The notes: generated by a model not told the origin, from the letters alone. Positions 15,990 to 28,309 are shown, counted from the first letter of the stretch. The stretch: DNA of 64,000 bases from Candidatus Rokuibacteriota bacterium (GCA_044866005.1 JBIOTN010000057.1:1-64000), one strand, 5' to 3'. Numbers and translations are program-made.

Positions 15990-17714
15990 ATGTCGTGGAA
16001 ACTCAAAGCGAAGGCCGACCGGCTGCTGGCCCAGGAAGAGGGGGCCGTCTGCAAGGACTGGGGCGGGCGAGTGGCCTTCGCGCTCGTGTATCCGAACACT
16101 TACGCGGTCGGGATGTCGAACCTCGGCTTCCAGACCATCTACCACCATCTCAACGCGCTCCCGGACGTCGTCTGCGAGCGGGTCTTCCTGCCCGACCCCG
16201 AGGACCTCCCGGAGCACGGGCGCACCGAGACCGCGCCCTTCTCGCTCGAGTCAAAGCGCCCGCTCGCCGACTTCGACTTCGTCGGGTTTTCCCTGACCTA
16301 CGAGGGCGATTTCATCAACGCGCTGCGCCTCCTCCGGATGGCGGACATCCCCCGGGACCCCGCCGACCGCCGGCCCGAGGATCCGATCGTCCTGATGGGC
16401 GGCGTCTGCGCCTTCGCCAACCCCGAGCCGATCGCGCCGTTCATGGATTTCATCGTGGTCGGCGAGGGCGAGGAGATCGTCGGCGAGATCGTCGAGGCCT
16501 ATCGCGCGGCCTTCGGGGGCAAAGCCTGGGCGGCCCGGCGCCGCGCGGACCTCTGGGAGCGGCTCCGGCCGATCCCCGGCATCTACCTTCCGCACGACTA
16601 CCGGGTCGAGTACGCGACGGACGGGACGATCGCCGCGGTCGCGCCGATCACCGACGCGCCGGCCGTCGTCCAGAAGCGCCGGCTCAAGAACGTGGACGCG
16701 TTCCAGACGCTCTCCCTCCTCCGCACGCCGAACGCCGAGTACGGCCACCTGGCGCTCCTCGAGGTGGGCAAGGGGTGCGGCCGAGGCTGCCGCTTCTGTC
16801 TGGAGGGCGAGATCTACCGGCCCGTGCGCCACCGGAGCCTGGAAGCGCTCCGGGCCTCCCTGAAGGAGATCGCCCAGCACAGCAAGCGCGTCGGGCTGGT
16901 CGGCGCCTGCGTGTCGGACTATCCGTGGATCGGCGAGCTCATGAAGGTCATCGAAGAGGAGGGGCTCGAGCTCTCCATCTCGTCGCTGCGGGCCGACAGC
17001 CTCACCGAGGAGCTGGTGGCCTCGCTCCAGCGGGGCGGTCACCGGACGCTCACCATCGCGCCGGAAGCGGGGACCGAGCGGCTGCGCCGCGTGATCCGGA
17101 AGAACATCAGCGACGAGCAGCTCTACGCGGCGTGCGACCTCGTCCGATCGTACGGGATCCCGAACCTCAAGTGCTACTTCATGATCGGCCAGCCCACGGA
17201 GACGGCCGAGGACGTCGAGGCGATCCCGGACCTCGCGGCGCGACTGCTCGAGCGGCTGCGCGCGCCGTCCCGGGACGGCCAGCCCTTCGGCCGCCTCACG
17301 CTCTCCATCAGCTCGTTCGTCCCGAAGCCGTGGACGCCGTTCCAGTGGGCGCCCTTCGACCACACCGGCTCCCTCGAGGCGAAGCTCGGGACGATCAAGG
17401 CGGGCGTGCGCCGCTTCCCCAACGTCCGCGTGCTCCACGAGAACCCGCGGGAGGCCTTCCTCCAGGCGCTCATCGCGCGCGGCGACCGTCGCGTCGCGCG
17501 CCTGCTCGCCCGCGCGGCCGAGCTCGAGGGCGACTGGCGAACGGCGCTGCGGGAGTGGGACGGGGACGCCTCGTTCTACACCTACCGGGCCCGGCCGCTC
17601 GACGAGCGGTTCCCGTGGGACCACCTGGAGGTCGGGGTCAAGAAGGCCGGCCTGATCCGCGAATACGAGCGGGCCGGGCTGCCGTCCACGCCGAGCGCGG
17701 TGACCGCGCCGTGA
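15990..17714 (+). CDS. Radical SAM protein with a B12-binding-like N-terminal domain
   Basis: YPNTYAVGMSNLG; GCGRGCRFC CxxxCxxC; APEAGTERLR; FVPKPWTPFQ. Confidence 0.9.
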   Translation: MSWKLKAKADRLLAQEEGAVCKDWGGRVAFALVYPNTYAVGMSNLGFQTIYHHLNALPDVVCERVFLPDPEDLPEHGRTETAPFSLESKRPLADFDFVGFSLTYEGDFINALRLLRMADIPRDPADRRPEDPIVLMGGVCAFANPEPIAPFMDFIVVGEGEEIVGEIVEAYRAAFGGKAWAARRRADLWERLRPIPGIYLPHDYRVEYATDGTIAAVAPITDAPAVVQKRRLKNVDAFQTLSLLRTPNAEYGHLALLEVGKGCGRGCRFCLEGEIYRPVRHRSLEALRASLKEIAQHSKRVGLVGACVSDYPWIGELMKVIEEEGLELSISSLRADSLTEELVASLQRGGHRTLTIAPEAGTERLRRVIRKNISDEQLYAACDLVRSYGIPNLKCYFMIGQPTETAEDVEAIPDLAARLLERLRAPSRDGQPFGRLTLSISSFVPKPWTPFQWAPFDHTGSLEAKLGTIKAGVRRFPNVRVLHENPREAFLQALIARGDRRVARLLARAAELEGDWRTALREWDGDASFYTYRARPLDERFPWDHLEVGVKKAGLIREYERAGLPSTPSAVTAP

Positions 17715-18436
17715 CCGGGCCCGATGCGGCCGCGACGGGAGGGAAGCCGGGCGTGGAGTCACCGCCCGGGCGGTATTTCCTCTACACGTTCTTCCGCGTG
17801 ACGCGCGCCTACCTGCCCCTGCCGAAGGAGGAGAAGGCGCGCGCCATCGGCGATTACCTCGCGCGCGCGGCCGAGTTCGGGGGCTCCGTCACGGTCCGCA
17901 GCTACTCGACCCTCGGCCTGCGCCATGACACGGACTTCCTCCTCTGGCTCATCGCGCGCGAGCTGCCGCCGATCCAGGCGCTCCTCGAAGGCTTGCGGAA
18001 GAGCCTCCTGGCCCCTTACCTCGAGAACACGCACAGCTTGCTCGCCGTGACGCGGGAGTCGATGTACGTCAAGGACCACCGGGAGGAGCCCCACGTCGAG
18101 CCGCTCCCGGCCGGCATGGGCCAGTACCTCTTCGTCTACCCGTTCGTGAAGACCCGCGAGTGGTACCTCCTGCCGATGACGGAGCGGCAGAGGATGATGA
18201 GCGAGCACATCCGGGTCGGCCACCAGTTCCCCGGGATCCGGATCAACACCTCGTACTCGTTCGGGCTCGACGACCAGGACTTCGTCGTCTCCTTCGAGGG
18301 GAACGACCCGAAGGAGTTCGTAACGCTCGTGATGCGCCTCCGCGAGTCCGAGGCGAGCCGCTACACCCAGCGCGACACGCCGATCTTCACCTGCGCGAAG
18401 CGCCCGCTCGAGGAGATCCTCTGGGCGCTGGGCTGA
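17711..18436 (+). CDS. Chlorite dismutase/coproheme decarboxylase (ChdC/HemQ) family
   Basis: YPFVKTREWYLLP..ERQRMMSEHIRVG, SFGLDDQDF. GTGA overlap. Confidence 0.88.
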   Translation: MTGPDAAATGGKPGVESPPGRYFLYTFFRVTRAYLPLPKEEKARAIGDYLARAAEFGGSVTVRSYSTLGLRHDTDFLLWLIARELPPIQALLEGLRKSLLAPYLENTHSLLAVTRESMYVKDHREEPHVEPLPAGMGQYLFVYPFVKTREWYLLPMTERQRMMSEHIRVGHQFPGIRINTSYSFGLDDQDFVVSFEGNDPKEFVTLVMRLRESEASRYTQRDTPIFTCAKRPLEEILWALG

Positions 18437-18491
18437 GATGCCGGCCGACGGCGGTCTCCCCCGGCCGGTGCCGTTCCCGTCGAGGAAACGC

Positions 18492-18520
18492 TTGACACCC
18501 CTAATCGCTCTGCCTAAGAT
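18492..18520 (+). promoter_or_regulatory. sigma70 promoter for gltB
   Basis: TTGACA-N17-TAAGAT. Confidence 0.75.
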
Positions 18521-18646
18521 GCTCGAAATACCGGCGGGAACGATGTTTCAGGGCGGCGATCGGGAACCGCGCGGGGTGCGCCGCGGGTCTCGTGGGGAGT
18601 GACGGGCTGGGACGGTGAGATCTTCTTCGTGTCCGGGCGCAAGTGA

Positions 18647-21600
18647 ATGGAATCACAATCGTTGAAGGCCGATCCGCGGTTCCCCCTCTACGACCCCCGG
18701 GACGAGCGCGACGCCTGCGGCACCGGCTTCGTCGCCGACATCGCGGGACGCCCGAGCCACCGGATCGTCGAGCAGGCGGTCGAGGCGGTCGTGAACCTCA
18801 CCCACCGCGGGGCCGTCTCGGCGGACGGGAAGACGGGGGACGGGGCGGGCGTGCTCACGCAGCTCCCGCGGCGGCTCTTCATGCGGGAGCTCCGCCGCAT
18901 CGGCGGGCGGCTCGACCGCGTCGAGGATCTCGCCGTGGGGGTGGTCTTCTTCCCCCGCGAGGCCGACAAGCGACGGCTGTGCCAGAAGATCGTCGAGGGG
19001 ACGCTGATCCGGTGGGGCATCTGGACCCTCGGCTGGCGCGAGGCGCCGATCGACCCCGACGCGCTCGGCGACAAGGCCCTCCGGACCCTCCCGGACATCC
19101 AGCACCTCCTCCTCGCCCGGCCGGCGGGAGCCACGGACGACGAGTTCGAGCGCACCCTCTACCTGGCGCGCAAGGAGATCGAGCAACAGGTCCTGGGCGA
19201 GGGGATCCGCGACTTCTACATCCCCTCCTGCTCGCACCGGACGATCGTCTACAAGGGCCTCTTCGTCGCCCCGCAGCTCCCCCGCTTCTACCGCGACCTG
19301 ACGGACCCCCTCTACGAGACGGCGCTGGCCGTGTTCCACCAACGGTACTCGACCAACACCTTCCCCACCTGGTTCCTCTCCCAGCCCTTCCGGATGCTCG
19401 CCCACAACGGCGAGATCAACACGCTGAACGGCAACCTCAACTGGACTTACGCCCGCGAGCGCGAGCTCTACTCCACGGTGTGGCGCGGGGAGGTGGAGCG
19501 GCTGCGCCCGCTCATCCTGCCGGACGGCTCCGACTCGGCGATGCTCGACAACGTCCTCGAGGCGCTCGTGCTCTCCGGCCGCGACGTGCGGCACGCCTTC
19601 ATGATGCTCGTCCCCGAGCCGTGGGAGCAGATGCCGCACATGGACCCGGACCTCCGGGCCTTCTACGAGTACCACGCCGCGATCACGGAGCCGTGGGACG
19701 GCCCGGCCGCGCTCGCCTTCTCCGACGGCGTCGTCGTCGGGGCGACCCTCGATCGCAACGGGCTCCGCCCGGCCCGTTACGTGGTGACGGAGGACGGACT
19801 CTGCCTCATGGGGTCCGAGGTCGGTCTCCTGCCGCTCGACCCGGCGCGCATCGTCCGGAAGGGCCGGCTCGGGCCGGGGCAGATGATCGCGGTGGACACG
19901 CGGCGGGGCGTGCTCCTCGACAACGACGCGATCAAGCGCCAGTTCGCGACGGACCAGGACTACGGGAAGTGGCTCAGCCGCCATCTGGTGAGCCTGGACG
20001 GGCTCGTGCCGGAGAGCGGGAACGGCCCGCCGCCGCGCGACCCCGCGACGCTGGTGCCGCTCCAGGCGGCCTTCGGCTACACCGAGGAGGAGCTCAAGTA
20101 CGTCCTCAAGCCGATGTTCGCCGAGAAGAAGGAGCCCGTCTGGTCCATGGGGGACGACACGCCGCTGGCGGTCCTGAGCCCGCGGCCGCGTCCCTTCTAC
20201 GGGTACTTCAAGCAGAAGTTCGCGCAGGTCACGAACCCACCGATCGACCCCTTGCGCGAGCAGCTCGTCATGTCGCTCAACACCTACCTCGGGCCGCGGC
20301 AGAGCCTGCTGGAGGAAACCGAGTTCCACGCGCGCCTGATCCGCCTCCAGAGCCCGATCCTCTCGGACCGCGAGCTGGAGACCCTCTATCACGTGACGGG
20401 CTTCGCCGCGATCCGGCTCTCCACGCTCTTCCCCGTCAGCGCCGGCGCGGCGGGGCTGGAGGCGGCGCTCCACCGGCTGACCGAGGAGGCCAGCCGCGCG
20501 GTCGACAGCGAGTACGCCCTGGTGGTGCTCTCCGACCGCGGCGTGGACGCCGAGCACGCGGCGGTGCCGATCCTGATGGCCGTCGGCGCCATCCAGCATC
20601 ACCTGATCCGCCACGGCAAGCGGATGAAGCTGAGCCTGCTCTGCGAGACCGCCGAGGCCTGGGAGGTCCACCACGTCGCGTGCCTGATCGGCTACGGTGC
20701 CTCGGCCGTGAACCCCTACCTGGCGTTCCAGACGGTCCAGCAGCTCGCGACCAATCCGGAGCGCGGCGACGCGCCGATGGAGCCGGACCTGGCCGTCGCG
20801 AACTACAAGACGTCGCTCGAGTACGGGCTCCGCAAGGTCATGTCGAAGATGGGGATCTCCACCGTGGCCTCCTATCACGGCGCGCAGATCTTCGAGGCTA
20901 TCGGGCTCTCGCGCGCGCTCGTGGACCGGTGCTTTCTGGGCACGGCGTCGCGGATCGGCGGGATCGGCTACGCCGAGGTCGCGGCGGACGTGCTGGAGCG
21001 CCACCACGAGGCGTTCCGCATGGCCGCCGCGGGACGCACGCGTCTGGGGGACGCCGGGTTCTACCGCTTCCGCAAGGGCGGCGAGCAGCACGCTTTCAAC
21101 CCGAACGTGATCAAGGCGTTCCACGCCGCCGTGAAGAGCGGGCGGTACGAGGACTACAAGCGCTACGCCGAGCTCGTGAACACGCGGCAGCCGCTCGCGC
21201 TCCGCGACCTCATGGCCTTCCGGCCCGACCGCGCGGCGGTCCCGGCGGAAGAGGTGGAGCCCGTCGCGGCGATCGTGCGTCGCTTCTCGACCCAGGCGAT
21301 GTCGATCGGGGCTCTCGGCCCCGAGGCCCACAAGACGCTGGCGACCGCCATGAACCGGCTGGGGGCGCGCTCGAACACGGGCGAGGGCGGGGAGGACCCC
21401 GACTGGTGGCACCCCCTGGCGAACGGCGATCTGGCCGCAAGCAAGATCAAGCAGGTCGCCTCGGCCCGCTTCGGCGTGACGCCGGAGTACCTGATCCGGG
21501 CCGAGCAGCTCGAGATCAAGATGGCGCAGGGCTCGAAGCCCGGCGAAGGCGGCCAGCTCCCGGGGCACAAGGTCGCCGCCCACATCGCGAAGATCCGGCG

Positions 21601-23194
21601 CGCCACGGCGGGCATCCCGCTCATCTCGCCGCCGCCGCACCACGACATCTACTCGATCGAGGACCTGGCGCAGCTCATCTACGACCTGAAGATGGTGAAC
21701 CCGCGGGCGAAGGTCTGCGTCAAGCTCGTCTCCGAGGCCGGCGTCGGGACGATCGCAGCCGGCGTGGCGAAGGGCTACGCCGACGTCGTGCTCATCTCGG
21801 GCCACGACGGCGGCACCGGCGCCTCTCCCGTGTCGTCGATCAAGAACGCCGGCGTGCCCTGGGAGCTCGGGCTCTCCGAGACCCAGCAAGTGCTCGTGAT
21901 GAACGACCTGCGGGGGCGCGTCACGCTGCGGACGGACGGCGGCATGAAGACGGGCCGCGACGTCGTGGTCGCCGCGCTCCTGGGGGCCGAGGAGTTCGGC
22001 TTCGGCTCGGCCTCCGTCGTAGCCCTCGGCTGCGTCATGGCGCGGCAGTGCCACCTGAACACCTGCCCGGTCGGGATCGCCACCCAGCGCGAGGACCTCC
22101 GCGCGAAGTTCGCCGGCACCCCCCAGATGGCGATCCACTTCTTCACCCACGTGGCCGAGGAGGTGCGCGAGATCCTCGCGGGGCTCGGGTACCGCACTCT
22201 CGACGAGGTGGTCGGCCGGACCGACCTGCTGGTGGCGGCCACCGCGGAGCGGGGGGCCGGGAAGGCGGCCGCGCTCGACCTGGCGAAGATCCTCACGCCG
22301 GCCGACCCCGAGGGGACGCGGCCCCGCCGGTGCGTGGTGCCGCGCAACGATCGGCCGGACGAGCCATTCGACAACCGGCTCCTCGCCGACGCACGGCCCG
22401 CGGTCGAGGCCGGGATCCCGGTCCGCCTGAGCTACCCCATCCGGAACATCCACCGCACGGTCGGCGCGCGCCTGGCGGGCGAGATCGCCCGGCGGTACGG
22501 GGACCCCGGCCTGCCCGAGGGAACGATCGAGATCCGCCTGGAAGGGAGCGCCGGCCAGTCCTTCGGCGCGTTCTGCGTCCCCGGCATGCGGCTCCTCCTC
22601 CAGGGCGACGCCAACGACTACGTCGGGAAGGGCATGGGGGGCGGCGAGATCGTCGTCCGGCCCCCGGCCTCCGCGCGCTTCAGCTCCCACGAGAACGCGA
22701 TCGTGGGCAACACCGTGCTCTACGGCGCGACCGGAGGCGCCCTCTTTGCCGCCGGCCGGGCCGGCGAGCGGTTCGCCGTCCGCAACTCCGGCGCGACCGC
22801 CGTGGTGGAGGGCGTGGGTGATCACGGCTGCGAGTACATGACGGCGGGGTGCGTGGTCGTCCTGGGAGACACGGGCCGGAACTTCGGCGCCGGCATGACC
22901 AACGGCAGCGCCTTCGTCCTCGACGAGGCGGGCGAGTTCCCCAAGCGCTACAACCCCGAACTCGTCCGGCTCGCGCGCGTCGAGGAGCCGGCCGACGCGG
23001 CGCGCCTCCACGCCCTCGTGACGCGGCACCTCGAGGCGACGGGCAGTCGCCGCGCCGCCGACGTCCTGGCGCGCTGGGGCGAGCTGCTGCCTCGGTTCTG
23101 GAAGGTCATCCCGATGCCGGCCGAGGCGATCGCCCGGACGATCGAGGTGGCCAAGCGCGGCAGCGAGACGGTCGCCCTGGCGGGCGCCCGCTAG
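18647..23194 (+). CDS. gltB: Glutamate synthase large subunit
   Basis: ERDA-CGTGF amidotransferase start, HQRYSTNT, HNGEINT, EIKMAQGSKPGEGGQLPG, CVMARQCHLNTC, GXGXG C-terminal domain. Confidence 0.98.
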   Translation: MESQSLKADPRFPLYDPRDERDACGTGFVADIAGRPSHRIVEQAVEAVVNLTHRGAVSADGKTGDGAGVLTQLPRRLFMRELRRIGGRLDRVEDLAVGVVFFPREADKRRLCQKIVEGTLIRWGIWTLGWREAPIDPDALGDKALRTLPDIQHLLLARPAGATDDEFERTLYLARKEIEQQVLGEGIRDFYIPSCSHRTIVYKGLFVAPQLPRFYRDLTDPLYETALAVFHQRYSTNTFPTWFLSQPFRMLAHNGEINTLNGNLNWTYARERELYSTVWRGEVERLRPLILPDGSDSAMLDNVLEALVLSGRDVRHAFMMLVPEPWEQMPHMDPDLRAFYEYHAAITEPWDGPAALAFSDGVVVGATLDRNGLRPARYVVTEDGLCLMGSEVGLLPLDPARIVRKGRLGPGQMIAVDTRRGVLLDNDAIKRQFATDQDYGKWLSRHLVSLDGLVPESGNGPPPRDPATLVPLQAAFGYTEEELKYVLKPMFAEKKEPVWSMGDDTPLAVLSPRPRPFYGYFKQKFAQVTNPPIDPLREQLVMSLNTYLGPRQSLLEETEFHARLIRLQSPILSDRELETLYHVTGFAAIRLSTLFPVSAGAAGLEAALHRLTEEASRAVDSEYALVVLSDRGVDAEHAAVPILMAVGAIQHHLIRHGKRMKLSLLCETAEAWEVHHVACLIGYGASAVNPYLAFQTVQQLATNPERGDAPMEPDLAVANYKTSLEYGLRKVMSKMGISTVASYHGAQIFEAIGLSRALVDRCFLGTASRIGGIGYAEVAADVLERHHEAFRMAAAGRTRLGDAGFYRFRKGGEQHAFNPNVIKAFHAAVKSGRYEDYKRYAELVNTRQPLALRDLMAFRPDRAAVPAEEVEPVAAIVRRFSTQAMSIGALGPEAHKTLATAMNRLGARSNTGEGGEDPDWWHPLANGDLAASKIKQVASARFGVTPEYLIRAEQLEIKMAQGSKPGEGGQLPGHKVAAHIAKIRRATAGIPLISPPPHHDIYSIEDLAQLIYDLKMVNPRAKVCVKLVSEAGVGTIAAGVAKGYADVVLISGHDGGTGASPVSSIKNAGVPWELGLSETQQVLVMNDLRGRVTLRTDGGMKTGRDVVVAALLGAEEFGFGSASVVALGCVMARQCHLNTCPVGIATQREDLRAKFAGTPQMAIHFFTHVAEEVREILAGLGYRTLDEVVGRTDLLVAATAERGAGKAAALDLAKILTPADPEGTRPRRCVVPRNDRPDEPFDNRLLADARPAVEAGIPVRLSYPIRNIHRTVGARLAGEIARRYGDPGLPEGTIEIRLEGSAGQSFGAFCVPGMRLLLQGDANDYVGKGMGGGEIVVRPPASARFSSHENAIVGNTVLYGATGGALFAAGRAGERFAVRNSGATAVVEGVGDHGCEYMTAGCVVVLGDTGRNFGAGMTNGSAFVLDEAGEFPKRYNPELVRLARVEEPADAARLHALVTRHLEATGSRRAADVLARWGELLPRFWKVIPMPAEAIARTIEVAKRGSETVALAGAR

Positions 23195-23228
23195 GCCCGG
23201 CACCGCCCCTCGCGCGGGCTCTCCTCCC

Positions 23229-24350
23229 ATGGCCGACCCCGCGATCCTCCTCATCGCGGCGAGCGAGCAGGACTCGAACCTCTACTACGCGACTCGCTTC
23301 CTCGCTCCGGACCCCTTCGTGTTCCTCCAGGTCGGCGGTCGCAAGCTCCTCGTCATGAGTGACCTCGAGCTGGACCGGGCGAAGCTCGAGGCGCGGGTCG
23401 ACGAGGTGCTGTCCTACGCCACCTACGAGGCGAAGGCCAAGCAGCACGTCGCCCAGCCCACGCTCGTCGACACGCTCGCCGTCCTGCTGGAGGAGCGCGG
23501 GGTGACGGACCTTCTCGTGCCGGCCAGCTTCGCCGTCGAGCACGCCGACCGCCTGCGGGAGCGCGGCATCCGCCTCACGTGGAAGCGCGATCCCTTCTTC
23601 GAGGAGCGGGTCGTCAAGCAGGCGGACGAGGTCGCCGCCGTCGAGGCCACGCAGCGGGCGACCGAGCGGGCGGTCGCGCGCGCCCTGGACGTCTTGCGGG
23701 AGAGCGACATCCGGGGGGACCGGCTGTACCGGCAGGGCGAGATCCTGACGGCCGAGATGCTCCGGCGGGTCATGCACCTGTCGCTGATGGAGGACGAGTG
23801 CCTGGGCCAGCACACGATCGTCGCGCCGGGCGTCCAGGGGGTGGACCCCCACAACCAGGGCTCCGGGCCGATCCTGCCGCACCAGTCGCTCGTGCTCGAC
23901 GTCTTCCCCCGCTCGATCCGCACCCGCTACTTCGCCGACATGACGCGGACCGTCGTCCGCGGTCGAGCCTCCGACGGCCTCCGGCGGATGTACGACGCGG
24001 TGCTGGCCGCGCAGCTCCGGGGCATCGAGCTCTGCCGCGACGGGGCCGACGGCGACGCCGTCCACCGGGAGGTCACGGCGGTCCTCGAACGGGCGGGCTT
24101 CGAGACCGGCATGGTCGAGGGCCGGATGCAGGGGTTCTTCCACGGGACCGGCCACGGCGTGGGCCTCGACATCCACGAGCCGCCGCGGGTCTCCAAGGTC
24201 CCGAACGTCCTCCGGACGGGGCAGGTCGTGACCGTGGAGCCCGGTCTCTACTATCTCCGGTGGGGCGCTGTCCGGATCGAGGACATGGTGCTGATCCAGC
24301 CGGGCGGCTGCCAAAACCTCACAAAGTTCCCCAAGGTCCTCGAGCTATAG
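23229..24350 (+). CDS. Xaa-Pro aminopeptidase (M24 family)
   Basis: LDVFP..YFADMTRT, HGTGHGVGLDIHE, TVEPGLY, VRIED. Confidence 0.93.
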   Translation: MADPAILLIAASEQDSNLYYATRFLAPDPFVFLQVGGRKLLVMSDLELDRAKLEARVDEVLSYATYEAKAKQHVAQPTLVDTLAVLLEERGVTDLLVPASFAVEHADRLRERGIRLTWKRDPFFEERVVKQADEVAAVEATQRATERAVARALDVLRESDIRGDRLYRQGEILTAEMLRRVMHLSLMEDECLGQHTIVAPGVQGVDPHNQGSGPILPHQSLVLDVFPRSIRTRYFADMTRTVVRGRASDGLRRMYDAVLAAQLRGIELCRDGADGDAVHREVTAVLERAGFETGMVEGRMQGFFHGTGHGVGLDIHEPPRVSKVPNVLRTGQVVTVEPGLYYLRWGAVRIEDMVLIQPGGCQNLTKFPKVLEL

Positions 24351-24352
24351 TC

Positions 24353-24390
24353 TCTCGGAGGGGCCTCGACGGCCCCCTCCGATTCCTCCC
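24353..24390. repeat. Short REP-like bulged hairpin, copy 2 (family 2)
   Basis: TCTCGGAGGGGCC-TCGAC-GGCCCCCTCCGA-TT-CCTCCC right after the stop codon; matches 14430-14470. Confidence 0.55.
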
Positions 24391-24510
24391 CCTGGATCGG
24401 GGGTGCCGGCAACGCCGACGCGCGAAGCGGCACGCTGCCCCGCGCGGGGGGTTCGGTGTCACGCGGCGCGCGGTTGGTCCGACCGGCGGCCCGCTCCACT
24501 GCCCATAACA

Positions 24511-24539
24511 TTGCTATCTGCAAGGCCCTTGGGTACGAT
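24511..24539 (+). promoter_or_regulatory. sigma70-like promoter for CBS-korAB
   Basis: TTGCTA-N17-TACGAT. Confidence 0.55.
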
Positions 24540-24668
24540 GAGTGGGTGTCCGGCCGCCCGGTGTCGCGCCCCGGCGGCGGAGGCGCGGCTTCCGGGACCC
24601 GGGGGAAGGCGGCTCGGCGCGCCCCGCCCGGTCCGGGGGGACGCATCCAGTGGGCGAGGGGGACGGCC

Positions 24669-25193
24669 ATGAACGAACTCGAGGACGAATATTCTGCCAG
24701 CATTCGGCACGAGATCCGGGAACTCCGCGGGGCGCTCCTCAACGACACGATCAATACGCTGTTCCCGACCGAGCCGGTCTGCCTGCTCGAGGCCACGTCG
24801 GTCCACGACGCCGTCGGACGGATGCTGGCAGCCCGTCAGCCCGGTGTCCTCATCGTCGACCGCGAGGGCCGCTTGACCGGCATCTTCACCGAGCGGGACC
24901 TCCTCACCCGGGTCGTGGGCCTGGGGATCGACCCCCGGAGCACCCCCCTGGCCGCCGTGATGACGCGGAACCCCGAGGCACTGAGCCCGAAAGACCGTGT
25001 CTGCTACGCCGTGAACCGGATGAGCGTGGCCGGCTACCGGACGATCCCCCTCGTCGACGAGGCCGGCCGGCCCATCGGCATCGTGACCGTCCACGATTTC
25101 ATCAAGTGGCTGGCCCATCTCTTCCCCGAGGCCGTGCTGAACCTGCGGCCCGGGGATGCGCTCAAGCGCCCGCTGGAGGTGGACGCGGGGTGA
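24669..25193 (+). CDS. CBS-domain pair protein
   Basis: LTGIFTERDLL, VMTRNPE, PLVDEAGRPIGIVT. Confidence 0.9.
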   Translation: MNELEDEYSASIRHEIRELRGALLNDTINTLFPTEPVCLLEATSVHDAVGRMLAARQPGVLIVDREGRLTGIFTERDLLTRVVGLGIDPRSTPLAAVMTRNPEALSPKDRVCYAVNRMSVAGYRTIPLVDEAGRPIGIVTVHDFIKWLAHLFPEAVLNLRPGDALKRPLEVDAG

Positions 25194-25218
25194 GCCCACC
25201 GCGAGGAGACAAGGATTC

Positions 25219-27086
25219 ATGAGCGAGTCGGCGGCGTCGGCACCGGCCGTACCGAAACCTCGCCGGGAGCTCGATCGCGCGGTGGTCCGCTTCGCGGGGG
25301 ACTCCGGCGACGGCATGCAGCTCACCGGCGAGCAGTTCACGACCGAGTCGGCGTGGGCGGGGAACGACCTCGCGACGCTCCCGAACTTTCCCGCCGAGAT
25401 CCGCGCGCCGGCCGGCACGCTCTTCGGCGTGTCGAGCTTCCAGCTGCAGTTCGGCCGGCGCCGCGTCTACACCCCGGGCGACCGGCTCGATTGCCTGGTG
25501 GCGATGAACCCGGCCGCCCTCAAGGTCCACCTCGCCGACCTGAAAGAGGGCGGTCTGCTGATCCTCAACACGAACGCCTTCGAGAAGAAGAACCTGGACC
25601 GCGCCGGCTACGCGCAGAACCCGCTCGACGACCCGGCGCTGTCCGAACGCTATCGGCTGCACAAGATCGACATCACGCGGCTCACCATGGACGCCCTCGC
25701 CGAGCTGCCGCTCAACGCGAAGGAGAAGGACCGCTGCAAGAACTTCTTCGCGCTCGGCCTGGTGTCGTGGATCTACACGCGACCCATCGAGCCGACGCTC
25801 GACTGGATCAAGAAGCGGTTCACCAAGCACGCCGACGTCGCCGAGGCGAACGTGCGGGCGCTCAAGGCCGGCTACCACTTCGGCGAGACCGCGGAGATCT
25901 TCAGCGAGTGCTACGGGATCGAGCCCGCGGAGATGGCGCCCGGGGTCTATCGGAGCATGACGGGCAACCGCGCGCTGGCCTGGGGCATCCTGGCCGCGGC
26001 CCAGCGGACGGGTCTCCCCGTGGTGTACGGCGCCTATCCCATCACGCCCGCCAGCGACGTGCTGCACGAGCTCTCGCAGCACAAGCGCTTCCGGGTCCGG
26101 ACGATGCAAGCCGAGGACGAGATCGCCGCGATCGGCGCGGTCATCGGCGCGGCGTTCGGGGGCGCCGTGGGCTGCTGCGCCACGAGCGGGCCCGGGCTCG
26201 CGCTCAAGTCCGAGGGCATCGCCCTGGCGGTCGTGGCCGAGCTGCCGCTCGTCGTGTTCGACATCCAGCGGGGCGGCCCGTCCACCGGCCTTCCCACGAA
26301 GACCGAGCAGGCGGACCTGCTCCAGGCCCTCTACGGCCGCAACAGCGAGTGCCCGGTCGTCGTCCTCGCGCCCGCCACCCCCGGGGACTGCTTCTACGTC
26401 GCCTACGAGGCCATCCGGATTGCGATCAAGTACATGGTCCCCGTGATCGTCCTGAGCGACGGCTACCTCGCGAATGGTGCCGAGCCCTGGCTGATCCCGG
26501 ACCCCGGCACGCTCCCGGAGATCCCCGTCCGCTTCCGGACGGAAAAGGACGGCTTCTTCCCGTACCTCCGCGAGGAGGCGACGCTGGCCCGCCCCTGGGT
26601 GCGCCCCGGAACGCCGGGACTGGAGCACCGGATCGGCGGCCTGGAGAAGCAGCACATCACGGGCAACGTCTCGTACGATCCGGACAACCACGACCTGATG
26701 GTGCGGCTGCGGGCCGAGAAGGTGCGTCGTGTGGCGCAGGAGATCCCGCCGACCTCGATCAGCGGGCCGGCCACGGGGGACCTGCTCGTCGTCGGCTGGG
26801 GCGGCACCTACGGCGCGATCACGGCCGCCGTCGAAGAGGCGCAGATGGACGGTCAGGCCGTGGCCAGCGTGCACCTGCGCCATCTGAATCCGCTGCCCCC
26901 CGACCTCGGCCAGATCCTCCGGCAGTACCGGCGGGTCCTCGTGCCGGAGATCAACAGCGGCCAGCTCGTCCGCGTCCTGCGGGCCGAGTACCTCGTCGAC
27001 GCCGTCGGCTTCAACCGGGTGCGGGGGGTGCCGCTGGCGACCCAGGAGATCCGGGATGCCATCAACCAGCTTCTCGAGGAACGGCG

Positions 27087-27090
<4 letters not shown>
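25219..27090 (+). CDS. korA: 2-oxoacid:ferredoxin oxidoreductase alpha subunit
   Basis: FAGDSGDGMQLTG, YPITPAS, QAEDEIAA, QRGGPSTGLPTK. Confidence 0.93.
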
Positions 27091-28118
<1,028 letters not shown>

Positions 28119-28119
28119 C

Positions 28120-28237
28120 CCGGGCCGATACGCGTCGCCCCGGGTCGTCCTCGGTCGTCGGCGTCCCTCAACGTATGCGGCATACGCCTCGGGCCGCCTC
28201 CTCCCTGCGTCCTACCGGGGCTCGCGTCTCCGCCCGG
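28120..28237 (-). repeat. ~118-bp structured dispersed repeat, copy A (family 1)
   Basis: Aligns with 45287-45407 and 56068-56185 (shared + core gtcctcggtc-n-tcg...ctcaacg...tacgcctcgg...ccctgcgtcct); long nested inverted repeat. Confidence 0.9.
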
Positions 28238-28255
28238 CCGCGGTTCGATGCTCGC

Positions 28256-28288
28256 CCCTGTCCTGGGGCTGCTCGGCTCTCGGCCCGG
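28256..28288 (-). repeat. Partial family 1 repeat (right arm only)
   Basis: cctggggctgctcggctctcggcccgg is near-identical to the right end of copy C. Confidence 0.7.
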
Positions 28289-28309
28289 CCTCGTTCCTGA
28301 GCCGCGACC

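Noticed and set aside
18653..23254. 1533-aa minus-strand ORF and 1392-aa alternate-frame ORF over gltB
   Set aside because: Shadow ORFs expected at high GC; no motifs, while gltB is unambiguous.
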